This document shows positions 49,749 through 59,576 of a DNA stretch of 64,000 nt, piece by piece. The translations under genes and the position numbers were made by a program. The stretch covers positions 1,344,001 to 1,408,000 of the forward strand of contig OZ244188.1 in NCBI GenBank assembly GCA_965216635.1. The letters run 5' to 3'. How positions within the stretch are numbered: the first letter of the stretch is position 1; the number at the start of each line of letters is the position of its first letter. The notes below the pieces were generated by a model, which ran no database searches, was not told where the DNA came from, and worked only from the letters and a program-made list of their open reading frames with translations. The stretch is from a bacterium (lineage in GTDB: Bacteria; SAR324; XYD2-FULL-50-16; G965216635).

Positions 49749-50468
49749 CTAAAATCGTTTTCGGATACAAGAAGCGGCTATTACAGAAGCAGGATTGTCT
49801 CCATGCAAACAAATAGTTTGTGCTTTAATGGGTATTACTTTTTTTTGATAATCTACGATGCTATGTTGCGTTTTTAGTTGTATTGCCCTTTCTACAATTT
49901 GTTCTGTTTCTTGAAACACTGCTTTTTTTTCTTTTCTGTCTAAAAGTTTTCCTTGATAATATTCTCTATCTGGAAAGGCTTCCCACAAAAGTTTTAAGCC
50001 GTATTTTTTGGCTTTTTTTTCAAAGTATAGGTTGTGCTTACTACTAAAAAAAATCCAAACCAGTTTAGAATTGTATTGAGCTATAGTTTCTGCAATTATC
50101 TGAAAAACAGCTTCGCTTATTAGTGCATCGTTGTAAAGAGCCCCGTGAGGTTTTACAAATTCTAATGGAATATGTTGTTTTTTACAGATTTTATCCAGTG
50201 AGCTAATTTGACATGTTAATTCTTTTTTTAGCTGCTTGAAAGATAATGTTTTTTTAAAAGAGAGGTGGCTTTTGCGGCCAAAATTTTTCGGATCTCTATA
50301 GCTAGGATGAGCTGCTATTTTGACTTTGTGAATTTTACAAAGAGATACTGCTTGATTCATACTTTTTTCGTCGCCGATATGTCCTCCGCAAGCAATGTTG
50401 GCTATATCTAGTAATGAAATAAAATCTGCAGAAGAGCTATTTTCTCCTGTATCTCCGTTGATGAGCAT
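49749..50468 (-). CDS. pxpA: 5-oxoprolinase subunit A (LamB/YcsF)
   Basis: ANIACGGH, AHPSY.D..NFGR, VKPHGALYN, TICLHGD. Confidence 0.9.
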   Translation of the reverse strand: MLINGDTGENSSSADFISLLDIANIACGGHIGDEKSMNQAVSLCKIHKVKIAAHPSYRDPKNFGRKSHLSFKKTLSFKQLKKELTCQISSLDKICKKQHIPLEFVKPHGALYNDALISEAVFQIIAETIAQYNSKLVWIFFSSKHNLYFEKKAKKYGLKLLWEAFPDREYYQGKLLDRKEKKAVFQETEQIVERAIQLKTQHSIVDYQKKVIPIKAQTICLHGDNPASVIAASCIRKRF

Positions 50469-50492
50469 AGTTTTTAAAATTTAGGTCTTATA

Positions 50493-50630
50493 TAGACCTT
50501 TGAATTTGCCAAATAGGACAAAACCAGCTGTGACGGCTAGCCAAATGGTTAGAACAGGTGCGAAAAAAAATTTTAGCTCTGCAGGTGCTGAAAGCTCAGA
50601 GGCTAAACAGAATGCAAATTCAAAAGTCTA
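50493..50630. mobile_element. Palindromic MITE copy (short)
   Basis: TAGACCTTTGAATTTGCC ... GCAAATTCAAAAGTCTA. Confidence 0.82.
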
Positions 50631-50747
50631 TATTATAACATTTCCCAAAAACACCTTGACAATAAACGAAAGTTGATTTATTTTAGACATTTTTAGAGAT
50701 AAATGTAAAATATCTCTATTATTAACAATAAATTAAGAATAAATAAA

Positions 50748-52073
50748 ATGAAAAATTCTATATGTTATATTTCCAATTCTTGGAAATATCTGCTTTTAAG
50801 AGTAACAAAATTGTTTGCTATAGTGGTTATAACTATAGCAGTAGTAATCCCAGTTTTATCAGCGCAAAATAAAAAATCTGTTAAAGTTGGTTTTGTTATA
50901 TTTTTGTCTGGAGCTGCTGCTGGTCCTTTTGGAGTGCCGGCACGCAATGCTGCAGAGTTAATGGTTGAAGCTATCAATAAAGGATTGATTCCTCAACCTT
51001 ATAATAAAAAAGGTCTCGCAGGGGTTCAAATTGCACCAATCTATGTAGACGAAAACAGCAAACAAAAAGTAACCGATTATAAGAAACTCGTTCAAAAAGA
51101 CGCTGTGGATCTTGTTATTGGTTACACTTCATCTGGTAGTTGCAAGGCAATTGCACCTGTGGTGGAATCGTCCAAAAGATTGACAGTTTTCTTTGATTGT
51201 GGAACGCCACAAATCTTTGAAGATATTGTGACAAAACCAAAGTATTTATTTCGTGCTACGGCTCACGCAGCAATGGATAGTGTAGGAGCGGCGCGTTATT
51301 TAATAGCTACAGGTGCTAACGCATCTACTATAGCAGGTATCAATCAAAACTACGCTTGGGGTCAGGATTCTTGGCGCGATTTTTTGGCATCTATGGAAGT
51401 TTTAGCACCGGGAGTTAAAGTTGTAGACAAACAGTTTCCTAGAATTTTTGCGGGTCAATATGGGTCTGAAATCACCTCACTGTTGATAAAAAAACCAAAG
51501 ATTATTCACTCTAGTTTCTGGGGAGGAGATATGGAAGCTCTTATTCTACAAGGAAGTGCACGTGGCATTTTTAAGCGAAGTAAGGTTGTTTTGACAACAG
51601 GTGAGAGTGCTCTTGACCGTCTCAGCACACAAATACCAAACGGAACGATTATTGGTGCTCGTGGTTTGCACGGCATTCTGGCACCTAAAAATGCACTCAA
51701 CACTTGGTTTCGTAAAGCCTATTTTGATCGCTTTGGCAGTTGGCCCACTTATCCATCTTATCATATGGTTCAATCTATTTTGGCTGTAAAGGCTGCTGCT
51801 GATAAAGCTGGTAGTACAGAACAAAATGCAATTATAGCAGCATTGAAAGGATCCAAATTTGAAACACCAAGTGGTAGCGTTTCAATGGCAATTTCCAATG
51901 GTCACCAAGCAATTCAAGATACAGCTTACGGAACATACAAATACGACAAGAAAACTAGAAAACCGACTCTGAAAAAGATTCAGCAATTCAAAGCCGAATG
52001 TGTCAATCCACCAGCTGGAGTAAAAAGTGCTGATTGGGTTAAATCCAAATTTCAAGGAGCGAAGTGCAAATAA
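50748..52073 (+). CDS. Branched-chain amino acid-type ABC substrate-binding protein
   Basis: FLSGAAAGPFG, INQNYAWGQDSW; first gene of LivHMGF-type operon. Confidence 0.88.
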   Translation: MKNSICYISNSWKYLLLRVTKLFAIVVITIAVVIPVLSAQNKKSVKVGFVIFLSGAAAGPFGVPARNAAELMVEAINKGLIPQPYNKKGLAGVQIAPIYVDENSKQKVTDYKKLVQKDAVDLVIGYTSSGSCKAIAPVVESSKRLTVFFDCGTPQIFEDIVTKPKYLFRATAHAAMDSVGAARYLIATGANASTIAGINQNYAWGQDSWRDFLASMEVLAPGVKVVDKQFPRIFAGQYGSEITSLLIKKPKIIHSSFWGGDMEALILQGSARGIFKRSKVVLTTGESALDRLSTQIPNGTIIGARGLHGILAPKNALNTWFRKAYFDRFGSWPTYPSYHMVQSILAVKAAADKAGSTEQNAIIAALKGSKFETPSGSVSMAISNGHQAIQDTAYGTYKYDKKTRKPTLKKIQQFKAECVNPPAGVKSADWVKSKFQGAKCK

Positions 52074-52092
52074 TTATTTCAATATAGTGATA

Positions 52093-52206
52093 TAGACTTT
52101 TGAATTTGCTTATCTAGTTTAGCCAAAACAAGCTTATTGCTTTTACGCCATTAAAAAAAAATTTCAACGCTGCATAGGCTAAACAGAATGCAAATTCAAA
52201 AGTCTA
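52093..52206. mobile_element. Palindromic MITE copy (short)
   Basis: TAGACTTTTGAATTTGC ... GCAAATTCAAAAGTCTA. Confidence 0.8.
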
Positions 52207-52221
52207 TCTATTTTAGTTGCA

Positions 52222-53118
52222 ATGGAAACAACAATCGCTGTAATTTTAGATGGACTTGGATTTTCTTCTTGGCTTTTTCTTGCATCCGTTGGAATGACTC
52301 TGATTTACGGTGTATTGAAAGTGCTGAATATTGCGCACGGTAGTTTTTATGCACTTGGGGCATACTCTGCAGCTTCGGCTGTTGGTATTTATTTATCAGG
52401 CGAAACAGCTGTGGTTGTATCCTATTTTATTTTAATCGCTGCAGCAATTATAGTCGGGGTTGTATTTGGATTGCTAATGGAACGCGGAGTTTTGCGTTTT
52501 ATGTATGGGCGCGATGAAATACTAATGGTTCTTGTTACTTACGCTCTATTTCTAATACTAGAAGATTTCATAAAAGTTGTCTGGGGAGTTAGTCCTTACT
52601 TTGCGTTCCAACCTTACTCTTATTTGGGTTTTATAGAAATTTTCGGTATACCCTATCAAATTTATGATTTGGCACTAATTGGTGTAGCTATTGTTTGCGG
52701 TTTTGCTTTATGGTGGGGAATCAATTTGACAAGAATTGGCAAACTCCTGTTAGTGGTTATTCATGACCGTGAAATCAGTACTGCTATGGGTATTAATGTC
52801 AAATTTTTGTTTACGGTAACATTTGTTATTGGGGCTATTCTTGGAGCATTGGGAGGTGCTGTAACAGCACCTAAAATTTCTGTTGTTCCGGGAATTGGGG
52901 TTGAAATTGTTGTTTTAGCTTTTGCCGTAGTTGTCATTGGTGGAATGGGAAGTATAGGCGGAGCTATGGTTGGATCTATAATTGTCGGATTTGTTCGTGT
53001 TTTATCGGTTCATTTTTTTCCAGAAGTAGAACTTTTTGCAATTTATGTTGTTATGGTAATTGTGCTAGCCATTAAACCTTATGGGTTATTTGCCTTAGCT
53101 GAAGGTAGAAAAATATGA
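52222..53118 (+). CDS. ABC permease, LivH-like
   Basis: GMTLIYGVLKVLNIAHGSFY, FAVVVIGGMGS. Confidence 0.9.
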   Translation: METTIAVILDGLGFSSWLFLASVGMTLIYGVLKVLNIAHGSFYALGAYSAASAVGIYLSGETAVVVSYFILIAAAIIVGVVFGLLMERGVLRFMYGRDEILMVLVTYALFLILEDFIKVVWGVSPYFAFQPYSYLGFIEIFGIPYQIYDLALIGVAIVCGFALWWGINLTRIGKLLLVVIHDREISTAMGINVKFLFTVTFVIGAILGALGGAVTAPKISVVPGIGVEIVVLAFAVVVIGGMGSIGGAMVGSIIVGFVRVLSVHFFPEVELFAIYVVMVIVLAIKPYGLFALAEGRKI

Positions 53119-54092
53119 TCCAAAAAAACAATGTAACAGAGAAAGTTCTACTTCTATCTTTACCCATCCTTATTGGTATAGGGTTTGTTATCCCAGAATG
53201 GATACAGTTTTTGATTCAGGTTTCCATGGCAAGCGGGCTTGTTGCCCTAGGGGTTATGATTCAAATGCGAGCTGGTTTGATTTCTTTCGGTCAAGGTTTT
53301 TATTTCTGTATTGGAGGCTATACAGCTGGTATGGCGGGACATTTCTTAGGTGTATCAGACGTTTTTATAGTTTTGGCATTAGGCTTCATTATTAGCATTG
53401 TTATTTCTTTTTTCTTTGGTTTTTTGTTAACTCGCTATCGTGATATATTCTTTGCTATGCTAACTCTGGCATTGTCTATGGTTTTATATGGACTTCTGAT
53501 AAAAGCTCAAATTCTCGGTAGTACAGATGGATTCAATTTACCTTCTACCACTTTTTTAGGTTGGCAACCAGAAGGCAAACAATTGGGTAATGCAGTCTAC
53601 GTACTCATCTGTATTTCAACTATTCTTATTGCCATACTGCTCAACCGTTATTTTAAATCGCCAATGGGCTATATAGGTGAGGCAATCCGAGAAAATGAAC
53701 TACGACTGGAGTATTTGGGAACATCTGTGCGAAAGGCTATCCATATCAAATATATTATTGCAGCTGGAGTATCTGGATTGGGAGGCGTCTTTACTGCCAT
53801 AGCGATTGGACATGTAGATCCAGAAATGACCTATTGGGCAACTTCAGGACAATTTGTTTTTGTTGTTTTATTGAGTGGAAGCGGGAATGTTATTGCTCCC
53901 TTAATGGGAACATTTATTGTTGAGATGGTGCGTATTTATGCAGTAGAAATTTCACCGAACACTTGGCAGATGATTCTTGGTTCTATAATGTTAGTGATAA
54001 TTTTATTTTTACCAAAAGGTTTGTGGTCGTTGTTCAAACTGTCAAAAAAAGAAAATCGCTATGAATTATTTTCTGGAGACGAAAAATCTTGA
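53115..54092 (+). CDS. ABC permease, LivM-like
   Basis: GLISFGQ, FFAMLTLA, AIRENE, LPKGL. Confidence 0.9.
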   Translation: MIQKNNVTEKVLLLSLPILIGIGFVIPEWIQFLIQVSMASGLVALGVMIQMRAGLISFGQGFYFCIGGYTAGMAGHFLGVSDVFIVLALGFIISIVISFFFGFLLTRYRDIFFAMLTLALSMVLYGLLIKAQILGSTDGFNLPSTTFLGWQPEGKQLGNAVYVLICISTILIAILLNRYFKSPMGYIGEAIRENELRLEYLGTSVRKAIHIKYIIAAGVSGLGGVFTAIAIGHVDPEMTYWATSGQFVFVVLLSGSGNVIAPLMGTFIVEMVRIYAVEISPNTWQMILGSIMLVIILFLPKGLWSLFKLSKKENRYELFSGDEKS

Positions 54093-54825
54093 AAAAACTT
54101 TTGGCGCAGTTGTTGCCGCTTCAGCAATAAACATCAAAATTCATTCGGGAGAAATTATTGGTGTTATTGGTGCTAATGGTGCGGGAAAAACAACCTTTGT
54201 CAATATGGTAACGGGCTATTTGACTCCAAGTAAAGGAAAAATTTTTTCTATGGGCAAAGATATTACTGGTATGGCAACGCGTAATATCACAAGATTGGGT
54301 ATATCTCGTTCGTTCCAAATTCCACAACTCTTTTTGGACATGTCAGTACTAGATAACATAATTATTGCCTTATCTGTAGCTAAAGAACACAAACCTGTAT
54401 TATTTCGTCCAGCCGTCACTTCTGCACTCATAAAAGAAGCAGTGGGTATATTAGAAAATTTTAATGTAGCTGATTATACTTCTCAGATGATAAATACGCT
54501 TCCACAAGGTGTCCGCAAACTGGTTGATATTGCCATGGCAACTGCATCAAAACCAAAACTCTTGTTTTTGGATGAACCTACAAGTGGCATCAGTAGCGAA
54601 GAAAAAATACAAATAATGGAAGTACTTATTACTGCCTTAAAAAGAAAAAAGACTACAATTTTATTTATTGAACACGATATGGAGATTGTTGAAAAATTTG
54701 CACCTCGGGTAATAGCTTTTTACGAAGGGAGAGTATTAGTTGACGGTAAAACAAAGAATGTTTTAGAAAATTCCAATGTACGAGAACATGTAATAGGTTC
54801 GGAATTCATTGTCAAAAAAAATTAG
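54061..54825 (+). CDS. ABC ATPase, LivG-like
   Basis: GANGAGKTT, RSFQIP, LDEPTSG, IEHDM. Confidence 0.9.
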   Translation: MNYFLETKNLEKTFGAVVAASAINIKIHSGEIIGVIGANGAGKTTFVNMVTGYLTPSKGKIFSMGKDITGMATRNITRLGISRSFQIPQLFLDMSVLDNIIIALSVAKEHKPVLFRPAVTSALIKEAVGILENFNVADYTSQMINTLPQGVRKLVDIAMATASKPKLLFLDEPTSGISSEEKIQIMEVLITALKRKKTTILFIEHDMEIVEKFAPRVIAFYEGRVLVDGKTKNVLENSNVREHVIGSEFIVKKN

Positions 54826-54828
54826 GCT

Positions 54829-55479
54829 ATGATTAGAATAGAAAATTTGAATGTTGTCATTAAAAAAATACCTATCTTGCGTTCTGTAGCTCTACATATT
54901 CCAGTCGGTGCTACTGTTGGAATTATTGGTAGAAATGGCGCTGGAAAGACAACTTTAATGCGTTCCATAATGGGACTTATAAAAGCGGAGAAAGGAACTA
55001 TCCAGTTTCAAGAATCGGATTTGTTAAATCGCACTGCACACAGCAGAGCATTTTTGGGAATTGGTTATATGCCAGAAGACAGACGCCTAGTTCCACATTT
55101 TACTGTAGAAGAAAATATTCTAGTCCCCCTCTGGGCTACTAAAAGAACAAAAGATACTTCTTGTCTGGAGTGGGTTTATAGTTTGATGCCCGAAATTTCC
55201 CGATATAAAAAAAGACAAGCATTATCTCTTAGCGGAGGACAACAAAAACTTGTAGCACTGGCAAGAGCGCTTGTATGCGGTTCAAAACTACTGTTACTTG
55301 ACGAACCTTTTGAAGGAGTAGCCCCAGCACTAGCTCAACGGCTTATGGAGGTGGTTTCCAATCTTAAAAAGAAACAACTTTCTGTTTTTATCTCAGAATC
55401 AGGCTATACACATTTAAAAAATATGGTTGATAAAATATATTCTATTGAACGAGGCTTTATTAACGAAATATCTATATAA
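54829..55479 (+). CDS. ABC ATPase, LivF-like
   Basis: GRNGAGKTT, GYMPEDRRL, LSGGQQK, LDEPFEG. Confidence 0.9.
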   Translation: MIRIENLNVVIKKIPILRSVALHIPVGATVGIIGRNGAGKTTLMRSIMGLIKAEKGTIQFQESDLLNRTAHSRAFLGIGYMPEDRRLVPHFTVEENILVPLWATKRTKDTSCLEWVYSLMPEISRYKKRQALSLSGGQQKLVALARALVCGSKLLLLDEPFEGVAPALAQRLMEVVSNLKKKQLSVFISESGYTHLKNMVDKIYSIERGFINEISI

Positions 55480-55695
55480 ATTAACAAAACCAGAAAATAA
55501 ATTATTTCTTTCAAAAACTATTTGTTCTGCAATAGCTTTTTTGATATTCAATAAAATCAATAGCTTGACTACTTTTTAAGGAGTGACTAGCTACTACCTG
55601 AAATAAAATTTTAAATAAAATGAGACCATTAGCGTGTCCTATATTCAAAGGATCTTTTGGTCTACTGGAAATAAGTTTTTAAGTAAAAACAGAAT

Positions 55696-56871
55696 ATGGG
55701 TGATTTTTATTTTAATACTGCAGGTTCCATCAAACAAAAATTCGGAGGAACTCGGCAATTAGGGGAGTTTATCTCTGATTTTTTAGGGAAAGATAGAACG
55801 GGTGAACAAATTTTGTTCGTCACAGATACTGGTATTTTAAAATTAGGATTGGCACAGCATGCCTTGGCTAGTCTTGAGAAAGTAGGATTTAAAACAACAA
55901 TATTTAGCGAAATTGAATCAGATCCTTCTGTTACCACAGTGCTCAGTGCCCTAAAACGGGCAAAAAAAATCAAAGTTTCGGCAATTATTGGCTTTGGCGG
56001 TGGGAGCTCAATGGATGTTGCAAAACTTATTTCATTTTTAGCTATCTCAAATCAATGCCTTGATGATATTTATGGTGTCAATCAAATTAAAGGAAATCGT
56101 CTACCTCTCGTTTTAATTCCAACAACCGCTGGAACTGGTTCTGAAGTCACGCCAGTAGCTATCGTCACAACAAATAAAACAGAAAAAAAAGGAATAGTTT
56201 CTCCTGTTTTATTACCAGACCTTGCTATACTGGACGCCGAACTGACATTAGGATTACCACCTCGTATCACAGCAATGACAGGAATTGACGCTATAGTACA
56301 CGCCATAGAAGCCTATACATCTACAAACCCAAACAACAATCCTATTTCTCAAATGATGGCTAAACAAGCACTTTGGCTGCTTAGTGCTAACATTACCGAT
56401 GCTGTATTAGATGGAACAAACATTCAAACACGTTCAAATATGCTGCTAGGAGCAATGCTAGCTGGACAAGCATTTGCCAATTCACCAGTAGCTGCTGTCC
56501 ATGCGCTTGCTTATCCTATTGGAAGTCTTTTTCATATTCCACACGGCTTGTCCAATTCTTTAGTATTGCCACATGTAATGCGTTTTAATGCAGAGCACTG
56601 TGCTGATCAATATCTACAACTTGCTCCTATAATTTTTCCTAATATGGATCTTTCAGGATCTACACAAAAAATCTGTACTAATTTTATAGAGCAAATAGAA
56701 TCACTAATAAAGAAATTGGGTTTAGAAACCAAACTTAGCCAGGTAGACATCCAATCTAGTGAGATAGAAAAATTGGCAGAAGAGGCAATGAAACAAACTA
56801 GACTTCTTGTCAATAATCCAAGGCAGGTTGCTTATAAAGATGCTATGAACATCTACAATAACGCATTTTAA
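55696..56871 (+). CDS. Iron-containing alcohol dehydrogenase
   Basis: GFGGGSSMDVAK, PTTAGTGSEVT, DAIVHAIEAY, HALAY, PHGLSN. Confidence 0.95.
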   Translation: MGDFYFNTAGSIKQKFGGTRQLGEFISDFLGKDRTGEQILFVTDTGILKLGLAQHALASLEKVGFKTTIFSEIESDPSVTTVLSALKRAKKIKVSAIIGFGGGSSMDVAKLISFLAISNQCLDDIYGVNQIKGNRLPLVLIPTTAGTGSEVTPVAIVTTNKTEKKGIVSPVLLPDLAILDAELTLGLPPRITAMTGIDAIVHAIEAYTSTNPNNNPISQMMAKQALWLLSANITDAVLDGTNIQTRSNMLLGAMLAGQAFANSPVAAVHALAYPIGSLFHIPHGLSNSLVLPHVMRFNAEHCADQYLQLAPIIFPNMDLSGSTQKICTNFIEQIESLIKKLGLETKLSQVDIQSSEIEKLAEEAMKQTRLLVNNPRQVAYKDAMNIYNNAF

Positions 56872-57029
56872 ATTTGCGTTCTGTTTAGCCTATGCAGCGT
56901 TGAAAAAAAATTTTAACTCTTAAAATACTTCAGTATTCCTACGAGCTAAAATTTTTTTTCGCACCTGTTATAACCATTTGGCTAGCCGTCACAGCTAGTT
57001 TTGTCCTATTTGGCAAATTCAAAGGTCTA
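56870..57029. mobile_element. Palindromic MITE copy (inverted), with 20-bp direct repeats at 56854 and 57030
   Basis: Right end GGCAAATTCAAAGGTCTA; TACAATAACGCATTTTAAAT on both sides. Confidence 0.8.
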
Positions 57030-57069
57030 TACAATAACGCATTTTAAATAAATTTTTTCAAACAATCTT

Positions 57070-57834
57070 ATGTCTGGACATAGTAAATGGAGCACCATCA
57101 AACATAAAAAAGGTGCTTTAGATAAAAAAAGAGCTAAAATTTTTAGTAAAGTTATTAGGGAAATTTCAGCTGCCGTAAAACTAGGAGGGGGGCAACCAGA
57201 ATCTAATCCCAGACTGAGACAGGCAGTAGCTCAAGCAAAATCCGTAAATATGCCTTCGGATACCATTCAAAAAGCTATTAAAAAAGCGAGTGGAGAGAGC
57301 AATACAGAGCATTTTGAGACGACTTTTTATGAAGGCTTGGCTCCCAGTAATGTAGCCGTGATTGTAAAGTGTTTAACGGATAATAAAAACCGCACAGTCG
57401 CTAGTATCCGCAGTATTTTTAGTAAAGGAGGTGGATCTATGGGAGATACAAATTCCGTCGGCTTTTTATTTAGAGAAGTTGGCTGTATTACTCTAGCAAA
57501 AGATCAAGTTACAGAGGAGGCTTTAGCAGATTTGGTGATAGATTCTGGTGGAGAAGATTATGCAGAAAAAGAAGAAACTTATGAAATTTATACAGATCCT
57601 AAAACTCTGCACCAAGTTTATTCCTACCTAGAAAATAAGTCAAAAAGTAAAATAGAAGTCAGCACTGCGACTTTGCAATTTATTTCACAAAGTCCCGCTT
57701 CTGTTGATGATCTCCACGTAGCCAATAAAATCCTAAACCTATTGGAAAATTTAGAAGACAACGACGACGTGCAAGAAATTTACACAAATTTTGAACCAAG
57801 TGTGAAAGTACAAGAACAACTAAACACAGATTAG
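57070..57834 (+). CDS. yebC: YebC/PmpR family protein
   Basis: MSGHSKWSTIKHKK, NPRLR, TDNKNRT, DDVQEIYTN. Confidence 0.96.
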   Translation: MSGHSKWSTIKHKKGALDKKRAKIFSKVIREISAAVKLGGGQPESNPRLRQAVAQAKSVNMPSDTIQKAIKKASGESNTEHFETTFYEGLAPSNVAVIVKCLTDNKNRTVASIRSIFSKGGGSMGDTNSVGFLFREVGCITLAKDQVTEEALADLVIDSGGEDYAEKEETYEIYTDPKTLHQVYSYLENKSKSKIEVSTATLQFISQSPASVDDLHVANKILNLLENLEDNDDVQEIYTNFEPSVKVQEQLNTD

Positions 57835-58311
57835 GTGTCAAGACTCATTATGGGTATAGACCCAGGCTCATTGAAAACAGGTTATGGGCTTATTCTACAA
57901 GAAAATTCTAAATTTAAATTTTTATGTAGTGGCGTGATTGCTCCAAAAAAAAATACTTCTTTAGCAGAAAAATTAGAGTTTGTTTTTGAAAATATAGATT
58001 CTTTACTTAAGATACACAAGCCTGATGCTTTGGTGATAGAGAAAATTTTTACCTCAATAAATATACAGAGTGCACTGGTATTAGCCCATGTAAGAGGAGT
58101 GATTTTATTAAGTAGTCAGCTGCATAAAATCAAATATTTTGAATATACTCCAAAAGAAATAAAACAAGCAATTAGCGGACAGGGGAATGCCTCTAAAAAC
58201 CAAGTATTGAAAATGATAGAACTTTACTTAAAACCAAAACATGTTTTGTCTTTAGACGAAGCAGATGCAGTAGCGGCAGCTGTTTGCTATGCTCATAAAA
58301 TTAGGCTATGA
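57835..58311 (+). CDS. ruvC: Holliday junction resolvase RuvC
   Basis: GIDPGS..TGYG, EYTPKEIK, DEADA. Confidence 0.95.
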   Translation: MSRLIMGIDPGSLKTGYGLILQENSKFKFLCSGVIAPKKNTSLAEKLEFVFENIDSLLKIHKPDALVIEKIFTSINIQSALVLAHVRGVILLSSQLHKIKYFEYTPKEIKQAISGQGNASKNQVLKMIELYLKPKHVLSLDEADAVAAAVCYAHKIRL

Positions 58312-58886
58312 TTTCTTGGATAGAAGGAAAAATAATACAAAAAGGAGAAAATTCCTTGTTTGTTGCTACTCAAGGTTTAGGATTTGAAATTCTGCTTGGC
58401 AAAGAATTTCTAGAAAATTGTAAATTGAGACAAACTATCTCTCTTTTCGTTTTTAGTGTTTGCAAAGAAAAAGCATTTGAATTTTATGGCTTTGCTGCTT
58501 TTGAAGAAAGACAATTATTTGAGTTACTTATCAAAGTGAACGGTTTAGGTCCTAAGGCAGCTCAAAAAATTATTTCTTATTACAACTACGACCTAGTGTT
58601 GCTAGCTATTAGAAATCAGGATAATGCTTTTTTTGAAAAGGTTTCGGGGATAGGTAAAAAAACAGCAGTAAAAATTATTATTGATTTAGAAAAAAAAGTC
58701 ACTAAACTAAAAGAAAGTCAGCAAGCAACACCGTTGAATCTCTCTTTAAGAGAAGATTTACTTTCTGCTTTGTTAAATTTAGGGTTTAAAGAAAAAGATA
58801 TTTATACAGTTCTTTATAATTTAGATTTTAATAAATCAGATTTTAAAAGTCTTTTAAAGATATGTCTTCATAACCTTAGAAGGTGA
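58308..58886 (+). CDS. ruvA: Holliday junction branch migration protein RuvA
   Basis: VNGLGPKAA, VSGIGKKTA, SALLNLGF. Confidence 0.94.
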   Translation: MISWIEGKIIQKGENSLFVATQGLGFEILLGKEFLENCKLRQTISLFVFSVCKEKAFEFYGFAAFEERQLFELLIKVNGLGPKAAQKIISYYNYDLVLLAIRNQDNAFFEKVSGIGKKTAVKIIIDLEKKVTKLKESQQATPLNLSLREDLLSALLNLGFKEKDIYTVLYNLDFNKSDFKSLLKICLHNLRR

Positions 58887-58932
58887 CAATGAGATCAACA
58901 GTAATGTTTAAAATATAACCACTTAAAAAATA

Positions 58933-59074
58933 GAGACTGTTGAATTAGGCATTATAGGAAAGCTAGACAAGGCGTGAAAATTTTTTATCCAAGAGGAATA
59001 CTGAAGTATTTTGAGTGATAAAAAATTTGAGCAACGCAGTATAGCTGAACTAGAATGTCTAATTCAATAGTCTC
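58933..59074. mobile_element. Palindromic MITE, second subfamily
   Basis: GAGACTGTTGAATTAGGCAT ... ATGTCTAATTCAATAGTCTC; solo ends near 12150-12168 and 47277-47294. Confidence 0.75.
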
Positions 59075-59081
59075 AATAACT

Positions 59082-59546
59082 ATGGCAGCATTAAATAAAG
59101 TACTACTAATCGGGCGTTTAGGAAGCGATCCTGAAAAAAAAATTACAAATTCTGGTAAATCTGTAATTAGCGTTAGTTTGGCTACCAGTTCTTTCTACAA
59201 AGATGAAATGGGGAATAAACAAGAAAGCACGGAATGGCACAGACTGGTTTTTTGGGGAAACCTAGCAGATAACCTGCATCAATATACAAAAAAAGGCTCT
59301 TTGCTCTTTGTGGAGGGTAGATTACAAACTAGAGAATGGACAAAAGACGATGTACGTCGCTTTACTACAGAAATTGTTGTATCAAATATGCAGTTTTTGG
59401 AGAAGAAGGACAGTAGCGCGGAGCCTTATTCTGGTGGTCAATACAGTGCAGCAGCAGCAACTCAAACTCAAACACCTGCAAATCCACCACAGCAAACACA
59501 ATCCAAACCAGAGGATGATTTTGTTGAGGATGATATTCCTTTTTAG
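59082..59546 (+). CDS. ssb: Single-stranded DNA-binding protein
   Basis: LNKVLLIGRLGSDPE, TEWHR, VEGRLQTREW, DDIPF; upstream ATG 59055 lies inside the MITE. Confidence 0.97.
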   Translation: MAALNKVLLIGRLGSDPEKKITNSGKSVISVSLATSSFYKDEMGNKQESTEWHRLVFWGNLADNLHQYTKKGSLLFVEGRLQTREWTKDDVRRFTTEIVVSNMQFLEKKDSSAEPYSGGQYSAAAATQTQTPANPPQQTQSKPEDDFVEDDIPF

Positions 59547-59576
59547 AGACCAAATAAATTAAACTGTTTAATTCTT

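Noticed and set aside
58886..59082. Absence of ruvB after ruvA
   Set aside because: ruvB is often unlinked; cannot be judged from one window.
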